Shown here: positions 37,400-55,129 of the stretch, piece after piece
Numbering within the stretch: the first letter of the stretch is position 1
Layout of the letters: the number at the start of each line of letters is the position of its first letter
NCBI RefSeq assembly: GCF_035594765.1
Contig: NC_085841.1
Span: 364,735,252 to 364,799,251 of the forward strand
Source: Anolis carolinensis
Lineage: Eukaryota
Length of the DNA: 64,000 nucleotides
Direction of reading: 5' to 3'
Notes under the pieces: generated by a model
Database searches by the model: none
Told to the model about the DNA's origin: nothing
The model's input: only the letters and a program-made list of their open reading frames with translations
Program-made: the position numbers and the translations under genes

Positions 37400-40300
37400 T
37401 AGAACTATATAAATGTCTACTATGTCACCGAGGAAGAGGAAGGGAATTGAGGGGGAAGAGAAACCTTATATTTGTTATAATTATTGCCATACATCTATAT
37501 CTTCAACTCAAGTACTGTTATACCCATTGTCTAAATTTTTGAAAGTTCCATATATCCTCTATAACATAAATCATTGAAGTTGTATTGCAAAGTGGGTGCA
37601 AGCTCTATCTGGTGTAATCCTTGGCCTAAAATGCTAATACCGTACTCTAGTTAATGGTTATACTCAGAGCTGAAGCAGAGTTGCTAAAGTTAGTCTTTCA
37701 GCCTATAACTCCCAGAGTCCTTGACACAACCTTTACAAGCTTTAGCCTGAACCTAATCTTCTGCCCAGTCAAACCCAGTCTTCAGCCAGCAAAAGGAGGA
37801 TTGTCAGAAACTGAGCTGGTATTCAATGAGGAAAGCATCACTGTGCCTTATGAAAGACACATCTCCCAGCCAAAAAGAGACGTCAACTCTGAAAGGCACA
37901 AGGCTTGCTTTCCTCAAGCAATATAAATGGTCACCACCTTGTGCTAAAACTTTTACTAAAATGGAGAAGAATTTTTCAAAAACGGGGAATATACGGGATG
38001 CAAACCAGGCTTTCAAAGGGGGAAAAGACAGAGCCCAGTGGTCAAGCACTAGCTGCTCCTGACTCCTGGACAGGATGGGCCTGCTTTTACCTACTCCTTT
38101 ACTTCTTTCATGTTCATCAGAAGATATCATGTGTTTTTCAGTAACTATTAATGATTTCAAAGCCAAAGAATTAGCATTAATCCAAGCATCTTTCTTTATT
38201 TACAGGTGATGGCTGGATTTATAGTGTCAAAAGCAACGAATGGCAACAACTGACATACTTACCAAAGAGTAGACCTAGGTATTAAAAAGCTTGTCAACAT
38301 TTGCTGAAGTTGAGGAAAGTATAAAGTGTATTGTTAGAACATAAGTGTATTGTGACCTTAGGCAGTGATTGGGGGGAGGGGTCCATTTATATGATCCAAA
38401 TCACTTATTTTTTGTAAAAACATTAACTGAATACACTTTTCAGTTTGTGTTTTATACAACTTTAGCCTGTATCTTTAATGGAATTATTAACATATTTTAA
38501 GTCCTTTCCCCCAGCAACATTGCACCAAAATTTATCTTTAACTCTTTTTGTGAAGAAATTTAGGGTATAATTTTTGTCTGCATTTGGACCTATTAGAAAC
38601 ATAAAGACAAAGGCTATTTGTTTAATGTCTAGACTTCCATCCTACCACTTTATTTATAGGAAAAGTCTCACAGTTTTTAGCAGAAATTACTTTTTTGTTA
38701 GATGTTTGTTAGGATGGCATTCTTAGAAGCCTCGGTTTAAATAAATATCCAAGAAGCCTGATTTAAATAATTATCTGTTTGTATGTGGATAATACAGACA
38801 ATGACAAAGGAGCGAGATTACATTTATGTTAGGTGTGTGTGTTTGTGTGTGGCCTCTTCTCAGATATGGGCAAATTTCAGCCCTTCAGGTGTTTTGGACT
38901 TCAACTCCCACAATTCCTAACAGCCTACTGGCTGTTATGAATTCTGGGAGTTGGAGTCCAAAACACTTGGTGGGCCCAAGTTTGCCCATGCCTGCAAATG
39001 TGGACTCAAAGGACGGGATGGATTGGAACCCTCAGGTGGGCACTACTCCATTCCCAAATCCAATTGTAGCTTCCAGGCTCACAGAAGTTTGTCCCAGTTG
39101 AGCCGCAGCAATTATTATTATCCCCCCTCTGCTTTTTAAGATCCTTTAAAATGTGAAATCCTTTAAAATGAAAATGTGGAGATTACAGGGCAGTGCATAG
39201 ATATGACTATACTTACCAAATCTTCTACTATTGTATCATTATTAGGTATAAAATTAATCTCCAGCAGGCTAAAACCTTTGTATTCATACAGGCCTTTAAA
39301 GAAGAAGGTTTTAAAGATCAATTCAGGGGGTGCTGTGGTTTTTAACTTTCAATATGTTTTAATGATTTTTAACTGGAATGTTTAATAGTATTTTAAATTG
39401 TATGCTGATGCCTTTATGTTAAGCCACTTTGAGTCTCCTTCTGGACTTGATCTTAAAAAACTTCTAGCTTGTCAATATTCTTCTTAGAATAGAGTTGTAA
39501 GAGACCATATAGGCCATCTAGTCCAGCCCCCTTCTGCCATGCAAGAAAAGCACAATCAAAGTACCCCTTTGCCCAGAACTGGACACAGGGCTATTATTCC
39601 AGGCTGTGATACACACACACAAACACACTGGTTTCCTAACCATGGTTAGCTGGTCAGGAACATTATGTCTTCACTGAGCTTGTTTGAGACAAATCAGGTG
39701 AAGAATTGACTGCTTCCATTGTGGAAGGTTCTTTCTAGAAAGACCTCCCTCTTGTCCTTTTGGTAATTAGATAAGACCCTGTTTTCCTGAGGGTTTTCCT
39801 CTCTGGATGTTCCCTCTCTGCAACCAGATTTTCCTACAGATATTATTTTCTCCCTTCTCCTCTGGTTTGCTGGGTTTTTCCTATCATCATCCAGAGACAA
39901 GCGTGCTGTGTCTTGAAAACCTAGCAATATCTAATGTAAACAAAACTGGATATGACTTCAGAGTAGGCATGGGCAAACTTTGGCCCTCCCTCCAGGTGTT
40001 TTGGACTTCAACTCCCACAATTCCTAACAGCCAGAGGACCAAAGTTTGGCCATTCCTGCTTCAGAGTATTTGAATTGCATCGGGTATTACCATTCTAGGT
40101 GGAGAGTTTGGTATTTTTGAAAAGATAAGTACATTGTTCCTTGAGCTGATTAACGATACCAATAACATGCTTTATTAGAATGTCTAGGTGCTAAGTTAGA
40201 GCAGCTGTGAGAGGACAGAAAACCCTGTGTCAGTCTGTAGCAAAAAGACCTCACTCAGGTTGCAAGCTAGGAGTCAAGGCAGAGGACAGAGTCCAGGCAG

Positions 40301-42242
40301 GAAAGGCTTTCCAGTGAGTCCCTCCCGCGAAGCTCCAGCGCAGGCCAGTTCCCCAAAGCAGAGATAAGACAGACAGACAGAGCTACCCTCAGGCAGGACG
40401 AGGAAGACGAGAACAGGTGGGATACAGCGGAGAGCAAGGAGTGTGGCGCATATATGTGTTCTGGAATGCAGTGAAGTAAGAAAGCACTCTTGAGCACTGA
40501 GTCATCCATCTCCTTGCCCATATTATTATTGGCAGTAATAAAATCAAAGGGAACACGTTATGTGCAAGTTGCAATCAGAAAATGTGACTCAGTGCAGGGA
40601 AGCGCTCCTAAAAGAATGTTTTGATTAGAAACGTGTTGAATTATTGTATGCTTTTGTGTATTGTGTATGTCTGTTTTGATTGTGCTGTTTGCAGAATGAC
40701 CAGATTTACATTTTCTTTGTGGCCCTTTTCTTCTTGTCTTGCTTTCTGTCATACACGTTCCTTCCTTCCTTCCTTCCTTCCTTCCTTCCTTCCTTCCTTC
40801 CTTCCTTCCTTTCTTTCTTTCTTTCTTTCTTTCTCTTTTTTGTTCTTCCCTCATTTAATCCCTTTTTTCTTCCTTTTTTTCCTTTTCACTTATTTTCCTT
40901 TCTTTCCTTCCTTCCTTTCCTTTTTCTACCTTCCTTCTTTCTTTCCTTCCTTCTCTCCCTCCTTTCTCTCTCTCTTTTTCCTTTATTTTCTCCCTCCCTC
41001 CCTCATACATGTCACTTATCAGCAGCCAATCTGCTTCATTCCTTTTCTTTCTCAGTCATGTGACAGAGGGCCACTTCACCCAGCCACAGCCAGTCAGCTT
41101 GGTTCCTCTTTTTTCCCTTCTGCTCTTGGCCCAAAAGGATGACATTTTTGGCTCAAACCCCAAAATTCATTTAAGTTGAATTATGAAAGTTCTGTGTGCC
41201 ATCAAGTTACAGAAAAGAAACCTTAGTGGTTTCAACCAACATAATATGTTGACTTTTATACACAGATTTATACCCTGCTTTCACGCAAAAGATTGGGATT
41301 CTTAACCAGAGTAGAGGTTCTCATGTATGTGAGCTGTGTTTAGCTTAAATATCGAATAAGCAGTCTCTTCAGATAAATAGGTTTTTAATGTTTGCTGTGC
41401 TCACCCTGAAGGTCTTGCCATTTTGATAGCCATGCCGGGATGATATTGGGAGTTGGCTAGGCCATTAGTGTGGGCCACAGGGATCAAGAAAAAAAAACCT
41501 TTTTGGCCAAGTGCATATTAAATTCTGATTTTTCAAGGAAGCACTCTTATCCTGAATGTGTCTCACTGAACCAGAGCTTTTGGGCTGGAGATAACATTGA
41601 ATACATGCATTGTAAATGTCTTAATACTTGAGTTTGGCTAAAAAGAGCAAGTCTAGTGAATACAAGGTTAGTATATTGGCATGTGACTTGAACATGCAAA
41701 TCTTAAGTCATGGCTGATGAGTCAAAACGTTTTTCCAACCCATTTGACTTGCCAGTTAATTCCTGCTAAGAAAGACTGCTCAGTTGCAATAAATCTCTTT
41801 TGGGACATTAAGGAGGGAACCTGACAACGTAAGTGTGAGGAATGCACTGCAACGCTAGAAATTAAAATAAAATGGATACTTAACAGTAATAATTATGGAG
41901 AAATTTTTAAAAAGGTACCTGAGAATTTAGTGTAACTGTAACCTGTTTTTTAGGTTGTGGCACACAGCTTGTCTTGGGAAAGAAGCGGAGGTGATGGTCT
42001 TTGGAGGGAGCAAAGATGACCTGCATTTCCTTGACACGGTCCGTATGCAGAACAATGTGGGTTAAATATGGTACCATTCCTGATAGAGCAAGCATGGGCC
42101 AACTTGGACCCTCCAGGAGACTCAGGGCAGATCACAGAACACATATACGGCAAACATTTAATGCCGTTTATACACTGACAAGACAGACAATTGTACATAG
42201 AGAGGTGTGTGTGTGTGTGTGTGTGTGTGTGTACACACACAC

Positions 42243-42277
<35 letters not shown>

Positions 42278-42746
42278 TATTTATTTCCCCGTCTTCCGCA
42301 TCTTAGAGACTTGTGCTTGGTTCTGGCTGGGGGAGGGGGGTGCTGTTGCTCCATCCCTCTGTCAAAGTTTTTGTTTATTTTCATAAACTTCCTCTTTTGA
42401 TGGAATCGCTAGCATTTTTCTGGCATTTCCTTATGGGTGGCTTAAAATACCTCGCTGCTTTTAAGCAGTACCTGTTTATCCACTCACATTTTGCTTTCGA
42501 ACTGCTATGTAGGTGTAAGCTGGGCTACAGCCAGGAGCTCACCCTGACCCAGGCTTTGAACTGTCAACCTTTTGGTTGACAAAGTTTATTGCAGCTGGTG
42601 GTTTAACCTGCTGTGCTAAAGCCTGGGCAATACAATGATATTTAATTCTGCTTTAATGTTTATACATTTGCAGATTTTATATTGTATTGAAATGCTTTTG
42701 AGTCTCCTTTGGGTCTCCTTGTACAGAGAAAAAGTGGGGTATAAAT

Positions 42747-42785
<39 letters not shown>

Positions 42786-43962
42786 CAGTGCAGGTGGTTC
42801 CGGTGGTGATGGGCACACTGGGTGCCGTGCCAAAAGATCTCAGCCGGCATTTGGAAACAATAGACATTGACAAAATTACGATCTGCCAACTGCAAAAGGC
42901 CACCCTACTGGGATCTGCGCGCATCATCCGAAAATACATCACATAGACACTTGGGAAGTGTTCGACTTATGATTTTGTAATACGAAATCCAGCATATCTA
43001 TCTTGTTTGCTGTGTCATAATAAAATAATAATAGTTTATATTATAATTATTATTACTACTACAACTACTACTCTTCAAGCCTATGGGAATAGCTGATAAC
43101 AAGCACATCTAGCCAAACATTGCTTTAATTTAATGGTAGCTGCTACACAAATTGCATTATTGAGTTTTCTTTTCATTTTTATTAACATTGTTAATATTAT
43201 TATACACAATCTATACTGGCTTGAAATATATACACACGCACACACACACACGCTCAGAGTAGAAGTGTAGACAACCATTCTTTGAAAAAAATCGCTTAAA
43301 TCGACAAATAACTTTTGTTTATTGTGTTCTTGCTCAGGGACACTGCAGTGATTTACTGATTTTTCAGACACAGCCATACTCGCTTCTCAGGTAAGTTGCA
43401 GATAGAGGATGGATGGCATTACATTTCAGTAGCACATCTTCTCCAGGAGGAAACAAGACCCATATGGCCTAGTTTACAGGCATGGGCCAACTTGGGCCCT
43501 CCCTCCAGGTGTTTTGGACTCCAACTCCCAGCATTCCTAACAGCCTCGGGCCCCTTCCTATTCCCCCTTGGCCGCTTAAGCGGCCAAGGGGGAAAAGGAA
43601 AGGGCCCGAGGCTGTTAGGAATGCTGGGAGTTGGAGTCCAAAACACCTGGAGGGAGGGCCCAAGTTGGCCTATGTCTGCTGTATCCCAAGACTGAGAGAA
43701 TAAGGGAAGGGGAGCATATATTTTGATATTTTTATGTTGTCAAAGTGATTTATCCCCCTGTTGTAATGCTGGTATTCTTCCTCCCAGACTTAGCCTCGAC
43801 TGCATTGGCCGAAATGCCATCCTCTTAGAGAGCCAAATGGCTCTCCTTCCACCTCGGCTCCTGGAGGAAGCGCTGGATAAAATCACTTTTTGGTCGGCTG
43901 CAAATTATCGCCAAGAAAAAAAGGCCAAAGCCGAATACCTGGAGGAGACCAGCGCCTCTTAG
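28778..43962 (+). CDS. KLHDC1: Kelch domain-containing protein 1 (CRL substrate receptor), 13 exons, 409 aa
   Basis: Exons: 28778-28894, 30900-30970, 31364-31481, 32501-32619, 33271-33349, 33913-33996, 34241-34324, 34975-35033, 36537-36649, 38206-38278, 41954-42038, 43338-43390, 43788-43962. They sum to 1230 nt in frame and all introns are GT-AG: FCVAEERSGHCAV...YVWGGYV...FWGWHNDVHVFD...RSWHTLTP...QTQPYSLLRLSLDCIG...KITFWSAANYR. Confidence 0.96.
29972..30425. repeat. AT-rich low-complexity tract
   Basis: Almost exclusively A/T with TATT/TATA repeats. Confidence 0.9.
40760..41003. repeat. (TTCC)n/(TTTC)n polypyrimidine tract
   Basis: Direct reading; a purine-rich counterpart lies at ~13345-13555. 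Confidence 0.9.
42785..43030 (+). mobile_element. Dong/R4-clade LINE 3' fragment
   Basis: Same sequence family as 15280-15686; sits within a (TAA)n run. Confidence 0.75.
43477..43678. mobile_element. Long near-perfect palindromic hAT MITE in KLHDC1 intron 12
   Basis: Same family and central GGCCGCTTAAGCGGCC as 14151-14344. Confidence 0.88.
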
Positions 43963-44194
43963 CAACCCTTTTGGATGGACTTGCACCACGGGACTGTTGT
44001 TTGAGGTTATTTAAAAGTGTTATTGTTCAACTCTTCGATGGGCCTGAATGCCTAAGGCTTGGAACGGCACTGCATTTTTTTGTTGTGTCACAAAGCAGGT
44101 CCCAACAACACAACAGTTCCACTTGGACGGCACAGAATAGCATTCTGGCGATCTTCTGAACCTGTTCCTAGATTGATGTGTTGATCAGATGGTT

Positions 44195-44200
44195 ATTAAA
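44195..44200 (+). terminator. Putative KLHDC1 polyadenylation signal ATTAAA
   Basis: Variant hexamer about 230 nt after the stop codon, just before repeats begin. Confidence 0.4.
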
Positions 44201-45909
44201 GCTAAATATTTAAATGAGGATCCAGAAGGGTTGCTGTGAATTTTTGGGGCTGTATCATCATGTTCCAGCAGCATTCTCTCTCCTAATGTTTCACCTGCAT
44301 ATGTGGCTGGCATTCTCAGAGGTTCTGTTGGCAGGGAGGCAAGTGGAGTGTATATATATCTGTGGAATGTCCTTTTGGAAAATGGAAATCTCCACAACCT
44401 TTTGGAGATTTTTTGACCTTTGGAAAGGCATGACCTTATTAGAAGTCACAACGTTTTGAAAAATGATGCCATAACTTTTTGGGAAAACGGCGTTTGTGCA
44501 AGGCAATTAGGTTTCTCAGCTGTCAAACTGATGTACCAAAATATAATAATAATAATAATAATAATAATAACTTTATTTTTATACCCCGCCCCATCTCCCC
44601 AATGGGGACTCGGAGCGGCTTACATGGGGACCAAGCCCGAAACATACAACAATAAAATGATAAAACAATTATTCCAACAGTAAAACATCAATATATCTCT
44701 TTGAAGTGTTAGGGACAAAGATATGCTAATGCACAAAACACACACACACACACATATATAGCAGAGTTTCAGAAGTGTTCTTTTAAGCTGGCCAAAAAGC
44801 ATCTACTCTCCCTTAAAACATCTTAGATTAAATCATGCTCTCAAGAGACCAAAATAAGCAGGCTTCTTCAAAAGTAACATAGTTGGTTTACTCACAAACT
44901 TCATGTATTCAGCATACAGGTACTTATCAATATAGTTACAGATAGGATTTGAAGTAGTTTTTCTGTAAAAATATTACAGTAGAGTCTGACTTATCCAAGC
45001 TAAACGTGTCAGCAGAAGCTTGGATAAGTGAATATGTTGGATAATAAGGAGGGATTAAGGAAACGCCTATTAAACATCAAATTAGGTTATGATTTTACAA
45101 ATTAAGCACCAAAACATCATGTTATACAACAAATTTGACAGAAAAAGTAATTCAATACGCAGTAATGTTATGTTGTAATTACTGTATTTACGAATTTAGC
45201 ACCAAAATATCATGATGTATTGAAAACATTGACTACAAAAATGGCTTGGATAATCCAGAAGCCTGGATAAGCGAGGCTTGGATAAGTGAGACTCTACTGT
45301 GTGTGTATGTATGTATGTATGTATGTGTGTATATAATGTATGTATACTTTTGCTTATATTTCGAACTCTGTATATATTTCATAACAAGCCATAGCAGACC
45401 GTAAAAAATATTATTCGTAAAGAAAGGTAAAGTCTCTTGATTTCTCCTTGGGCTGCATCCGCACTGTAGGATTAACACAGTCTGATGCCACTTTCAGTAG
45501 CTTGGCAGAAAGTTATGGAATTATTGTAGGAAGGAAAGGATTTTGCGAGGCCAAAAGGAAGGCGAAAGAGAAACTACCGTTTCCAAGATGCCATAATACT
45601 GAGGCATAGCAAGCAAAGCGGGGCTAAAGTGCGTTAATGTTAAAGTGTGGATGTAAAAGGGAGTAACTTGGCCCAGCTTGGATGTGCTTTCCTCGCTGAG
45701 CTCCCTACTTGCCGCCGTGGCGCAGCGCCTCCTGGCGTCGGCGGCGGGGAGAGGCTGTTTTTGGGCGCTGCAGTTGTGCGTCCGGCCGGGAGGAGTCGCT
45801 GCGGAGCGGAGGGAAAATGGCTTGAGGTGAATGGGAAAAGGGACTGAGAGGCGCCCCTATAGGCGCTCTCTCTCTGTTCCGAATGAAAAGGAAGCTCAGC
45901 CGAACGGGC

Positions 45910-46214
45910 AAAAGGTTTGAGGTCGGGTCTGGCTGTCTTGCCCAGGCTGCGCCGTGGCGGCTATTCACGGGCGCGGTCCCGCTACTGGTCGGCGCGGGAG
46001 TTTTGACCTGCTCCGTCTCCGGCCTGGGCCGGTTCACCCCTCCTGAGGCAACCTGGCGGCCCCCGGCTCCCCGCGGGCCCCCATATTGACGCCGGACTTA
46101 GCGCGGACACCCGATCGGCATAGCCCGCCGCGGCCCAGAACTCCTGAGCTCACGCCATCCGCCGCCCTCAGCCTCCGCGCAGCTGGATTACAGGCGCGCG
46201 CCACCGCGCCCGGC
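45910..46214 (-). ncRNA. RN7SL: 7SL / SRP RNA gene, copy A
   Basis: The reverse complement starts GCCGGGCGCGGTGGCGCGCGCCTGTAATCC and contains GGAGTTCTGGGC, CTATGCCGATCGGGTGTCCG, the helix 6 GGAG loop, CAGGTTGCC, GGGGTGAACCGGCCCAGG, helix 8 CCG-GAGA-CGGAGCAGGTCAAAACTCCCG and CAGCCTGGGCAA. It is ~300 nt and ends in a TTTT Pol III terminator. Confidence 0.97.
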
Positions 46215-46830
46215 TGACGGGAGAGCGGCACAAAAGCCTACTTCAGGCAGCAGAGCCGTGACGTCACGGCGAGGGGCGGGGACGGCAGTAAGAAGACACG
46301 CCCACCGCGCCCGGCTGAAGGGAATGGACACCAAGGGTACTGCAGGCGGGAGAAGGGTGACGTCACGGACGGGGGCGGGGACAGCAGTAAGAAGACACGC
46401 CCACCGCGCCCGGCTCAAGAGAAATGGACACAAAGGGTACTGCAGGCAGAAAGGGGTGACGTCACGGACGGGGGCGGGGACAGGAGAGGGAGACACGCCC
46501 ACCGCGCCCGGCTCAAGAGAAATGGACACAAAGGGTACTGCAGGCAGAAGGGGGTGACGTCAAGGACAGGGGCGGGGACAGGAGAGGAAGCCACGCCCAC
46601 CGCGCCCGGCTGAAGGGAATGGACACCAAGGGTACTGCAGGCAGGAGAAGGGTGACGTCACGGACGGGGGCGGGGACAGCAGTAAGAAGCCACGCCCACC
46701 GCGCCCGGCTCAAGAGAAATGGACACAAAGGGTACTGCAGGCAGAAGGGGGTGACGTCACGAGGTGGGAGGGGACAGGAGAGGGAGACACGCCCACCGCG
46801 CCCGGCTCAAGGGAATGGACAGAAAGCGTA
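46215..46830 (-). repeat. Tandem array (~98-bp period) of 7SL promoter modules, each with a CRE, a GC box and the 7SL 5' end
   Basis: Copies of GCCGGGCGCGGTGG (minus strand) start at 46315, 46414, 46512, 46610, 46709 and 46806. TGACGTCA occurs at 46259, 46358, 46457, 46555, 46653 and 46752. Most units also carry GGGGCGGGG. Confidence 0.9.
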
Positions 46831-46842
46831 CTGTAGCCACGC

Positions 46843-46903
<61 letters not shown>

Positions 46904-46940
46904 CCCCGTCTCCCTCGGAGCCTGCGCAGTGGAGACCTAG

Positions 46941-48775
<1,835 letters not shown>

Positions 48776-50063
48776 ATGCCCTCCTGCAGAGGCAGCGGCC
48801 AAGCCTTGTCCCCAGAAGCAGCAGCCGGTGGAGCTTCGGAGGAACCAGGCAAAACAGCGGCAGACTGGGAGCATTTGTCTTAATGAACTCTTGCTGTACA
48901 CGTTAATGCAGGCATGGGCCAACTTGGGCCCTCCCTCCAGATGTTTTGGACTTCAGCTCTCACAATTCCTAGCAGCCCAAGTTGGCCCATGCTTCTGTTA
49001 AGGTGTGCATTAAAAAACACAAAATATGGTTTGTTTTAACATGTTTTCAAATGCAATAATTGCTCTCTTTAATTTGACACAAAACAAGAATCCTACCAGG
49101 ATGTAATTGGTGTATTGCCACACTTCTGATTTCTGGAGAAAAACATTGTTTTCTATTTCCTTTCAAAAACAGCAGTTCTTAGATGTATTTTGTACAGAAA
49201 ACATTCCATTGTAAAAGCTGAAGAACACTTCAAAAAGGGCAAATGGAAATATTAAAACATCCATTGAGTTAATTATTGTGTTCTTTTGGAGTTACTCTGC
49301 CTTCAGTGCCAACACCATTGGTAAATTTCAAGTTAGCATTTTTTTTGTCTAGCAATGAATCTGACTTACAACAACTTGATTTCCTATTTAAATTGTGTGG
49401 AAGGGTTTCTAGAGAAATCTATAAATGGAGGAGATACCTGCCTCTGTATTTCAGGATTCCAAGGCTGTACTTGGTTGGTGGCTTCATTAAACAGGACGGT
49501 GAGATATTTGATCTAATTTGTTGCTTCAATTATATTGGGTTTCCTAAAATGATGGTTATTCTTCACACTGATTATTTGGGGAGGCAGGTTGTTCTGCTGT
49601 GGACGGTTCCACACTACAAGAAAAGATGCAGACGAAGAAAATAAATGTGTTTCCTAAAGAAGTTGGTGATTCCTATTTGGCAGGTGAGAGGCTGACCTTT
49701 CATCACCTTTTGTGCTTTTCACTTGACTGCTTGATCCAGGATGCCTAATGGCAACAGCTGCTAGTATTGGGCTGCAGTCGCAGTCAGGAATGCTGGGGAG
49801 TTCGTTTCCACAACATCTGCAGTTCCATGAGATTCCTGTCCTTGACTTCTCAATGTCGTGGTTTTGCTCTTCCGAAGTATAATCCAAGTTGGAAGAGACT
49901 GCAAGGTCATCCAATCCAACCCCCTTCTTTCTGCCAGGCAGGAAGACACAATCAAAGCCCTCCTGAGAGATGGCCATGCAGCCTCTGCTTAAAATACCTC
50001 TAGAGATGGAGACTCGACTGGAGTCCTAGGCAGCTCTCAGGCCATTCTAATGTTTAGCTTAGG

Positions 50064-50329
50064 TTAGGTAAAGGTTTTCCCCTGATGTTAAGTCTAGTCG
50101 CGTCTGATTCTGGGGGTTGGTGCTCATCTCCATTTCTAGGCTGAAGAGCCGGCGTTGTCCATAGACACCTCCAATGTCATTTTGCCAGCATGACTGCATG
50201 GAGCACCATTACCTTCCCGGCAGAGTGGTATCTATTGATCTACTCACATTTGCATGTTTTCCAACTGCAACCTTTTGGTCAGCAAGTTCAGAAGCTCAGC
50301 GGTTTAATCCGCTGTGCTATCAGGGGCTC
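50064..50329 (-). mobile_element. Sauria SINE (partly deleted)
   Basis: Characteristic AGGTAAAGGTTTTCCCCTGA tail complement, GGTGCTCATCTCCATTTC...GAAGAGCCGGCGTTGTCC core, and a tRNA-like head complement near 50300-50329. Confidence 0.75.
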
Positions 50330-52658
50330 TGATAATGTTTAGCTTAGGCCTGGGCAAACAATTGTGGGAGTTGAAGTCCAAAACACCTGGAGGGCTCAAC
50401 TTTGCCCAGACCTGCTTTAAAGGCACTGACCAAAGCACGGGGCCTATCTAGTTAGGGCTCATTCCCTTTACAGAAATGCTTTCATATGTATTTTTATGGA
50501 ATTTCATTTTAATGTGTGCTTGTAGAATTTTTATAGTATTTGTCTGTTTTTAACTGCTGTGACCCGCTTTGAGGCATGGGGAGAGGCAGGTAACAAAATT
50601 ATGATTTGGTGCCCCACTGATTGGGATGCCACCAATTGCCAACTACAGATATTGCAGCATCAAAGCTGGGCATGTGTTTCACTCAGGAAGTCAGTCCATG
50701 TCTGCCTTTTATGAAAGTAATAATCTTCTATGCAATAAGCATCCCATTATTGTTGTAACTTGAAACCCGCAGATACGACAGATCACAATTCAATTGCCTG
50801 ATTTTTTAGTCCCAACATGAGTTGCATTGAAGGGTCTAGTAAATTAATAGATAGAATTCCCTTCTAGAGAATCTGCAATTCACACCTAAATATTCCTGGA
50901 AGGAAACTTGTGTAGGAATTTACGAGAGCAACTCTGTGGTAATTTGCAAGTGATGCATACTATGGAATCATATAGCAAATTCCTAGATACCCCTTTTCTC
51001 CAGGTGAGTGATGAGCCGCTTGATGAGTGGGGTCATACTGTACTATTTTTATGTGACTCTTTCCCTACACATTTCTGGTTGTTCTACAGCAGTGGTTCCC
51101 AATCTTTTTTTTTGACCAGGGGCCACTCTTCAATGTTAGTACCAAAAGGGTTACTAATTGGTTTTTGGTCAACTTTAGATTCAGTTTGGTTATCTGGGGT
51201 GCCAATTCAGAAAACTGCATTGGATAGACAACATCAACTCTAGTTTACAATGCAGAACATATGCTATCCACTAGTCTCCATCTGCTTGTCCACAGAAACC
51301 CCTATTTAATCCTCTAGAGCTGATGTGGTCTATCCAATGTAATTTTCTGAATTGACACCCCAAATAACCCAGGAACAGGCCTAAAAACAAAGACACCAGG
51401 CGCTACTTGGAATGGCTCCGGTAGGCAGTCAGCCTCTCCTCTCCCGACATCTCCATTGTCTTGGCACTCTAAAAAGGTTTCGTGAGACCAGTCGCTCTCA
51501 TTGCAACGGTGTAGTAACGGTGAGGCCGTGGACCATATTTTAGTTCTTGGAGACCACTGGTGTTCCACAAACCAAAGGTTGGGAACCACTGTTCTACAGT
51601 GTAGACATTCCTCACGTTTGGAGAATGAGAGATGCATAGATAAAGACAAAGTTTGTAGAAACCCTGGGTTGATGATGAGGGAGAAAACAAAGAGCTGTGA
51701 GTATATAGTGTTATAGATACGCTTGAACAGACTGCAACTGAAAATAAGTTTTCCTAAATAATTTGGAACAAACAATTTGTGTGTGGCGTGTGTTCTAGCA
51801 GAGATCTTCCCAGATTACATAGAGGAGCTTGGATTCTTAGTACTGACTGCAAGGGAAAACTTCCAGGACTTTGCTAAGATAGCAGAGAATTCTGACACTA
51901 TATAGGCACGTCTAGGTCCTGCATGGTCAGTTCTGCGCTTGTGGATACAGAATTGTTAATCACTATTAATTATATCTGTGCCTTTCCCACTTTCATGGGG
52001 CTTCTGCACCCAGAATGCTGCAAATGAAGATAGACTAATGCATTCATTAGCTAGGTCTCCATTCCTGGTAGTTCTGCATTGACAGCACACTGGTACCTGC
52101 TTTTGTCTTTGGTTACTGCCCATCTACAGAGCCCCAAATGCCCAAATCAGAGCAACTGTCCACTCACACATCTACCTTCCCATAAAGGGGGTTCGTCAAA
52201 CAGTGAGTGCCTTCCTGCCAACTTTAGATGTTTAAAACTACCTTTTTGCACAATAATTATATTTCTCTCCCCACACCTTTATGTTCACATTGTCTAATAT
52301 TTAGGGATAAGAAGCTTCCTAACAGCACAGCAACAAGAACGCACCTATCCACTCCATGTCCAAAACACATTCAATTAATGTACAAATGCAGTAAGTGGCT
52401 CCAGCTTTACATCTTAAAAATGACGCACAAAAAGATTTAAGATTTATGTCCCCACACACTGCAAACCCAATGGAATTCACACCCAAAGGTGACAGGCTTA
52501 AAAGGTGTGGTCAAACAGAGATGATCGCAAAATGAACAAAATATTATTTATTTCCCATGTACATATGAGCATGTACAACCATAGATGTTCTTCTGTAGAA
52601 ATTCCTCAGGCTTTGCACATCCAACCGAGGCTTGGCCGCTGTCTCTGTAGACTGGCAT

Positions 52659-55129
<2,471 letters not shown>

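Noticed and set aside
45910-46214. Alu or other 7SL-derived SINE
   Set aside because: It contains the full S domain, an upstream CRE and a T4 terminator, with no poly(A) tail or TSD, so it is a genuine 7SL gene.
46215-46830. CRISPR-like appearance of the regularly spaced repeats
   Set aside because: The DNA is eukaryotic, the whole unit is repeated with no unique spacers, and there are no cas genes; it is a promoter VNTR.
49276-52300. Possible hidden gene (e.g. LRR1 or KLHDC2 exons) in the spacer between the RPS29 copies
   Set aside because: The listed ORFs and the frames I checked show no recognisable protein or consistent exon chain; a tBLASTn would settle it.
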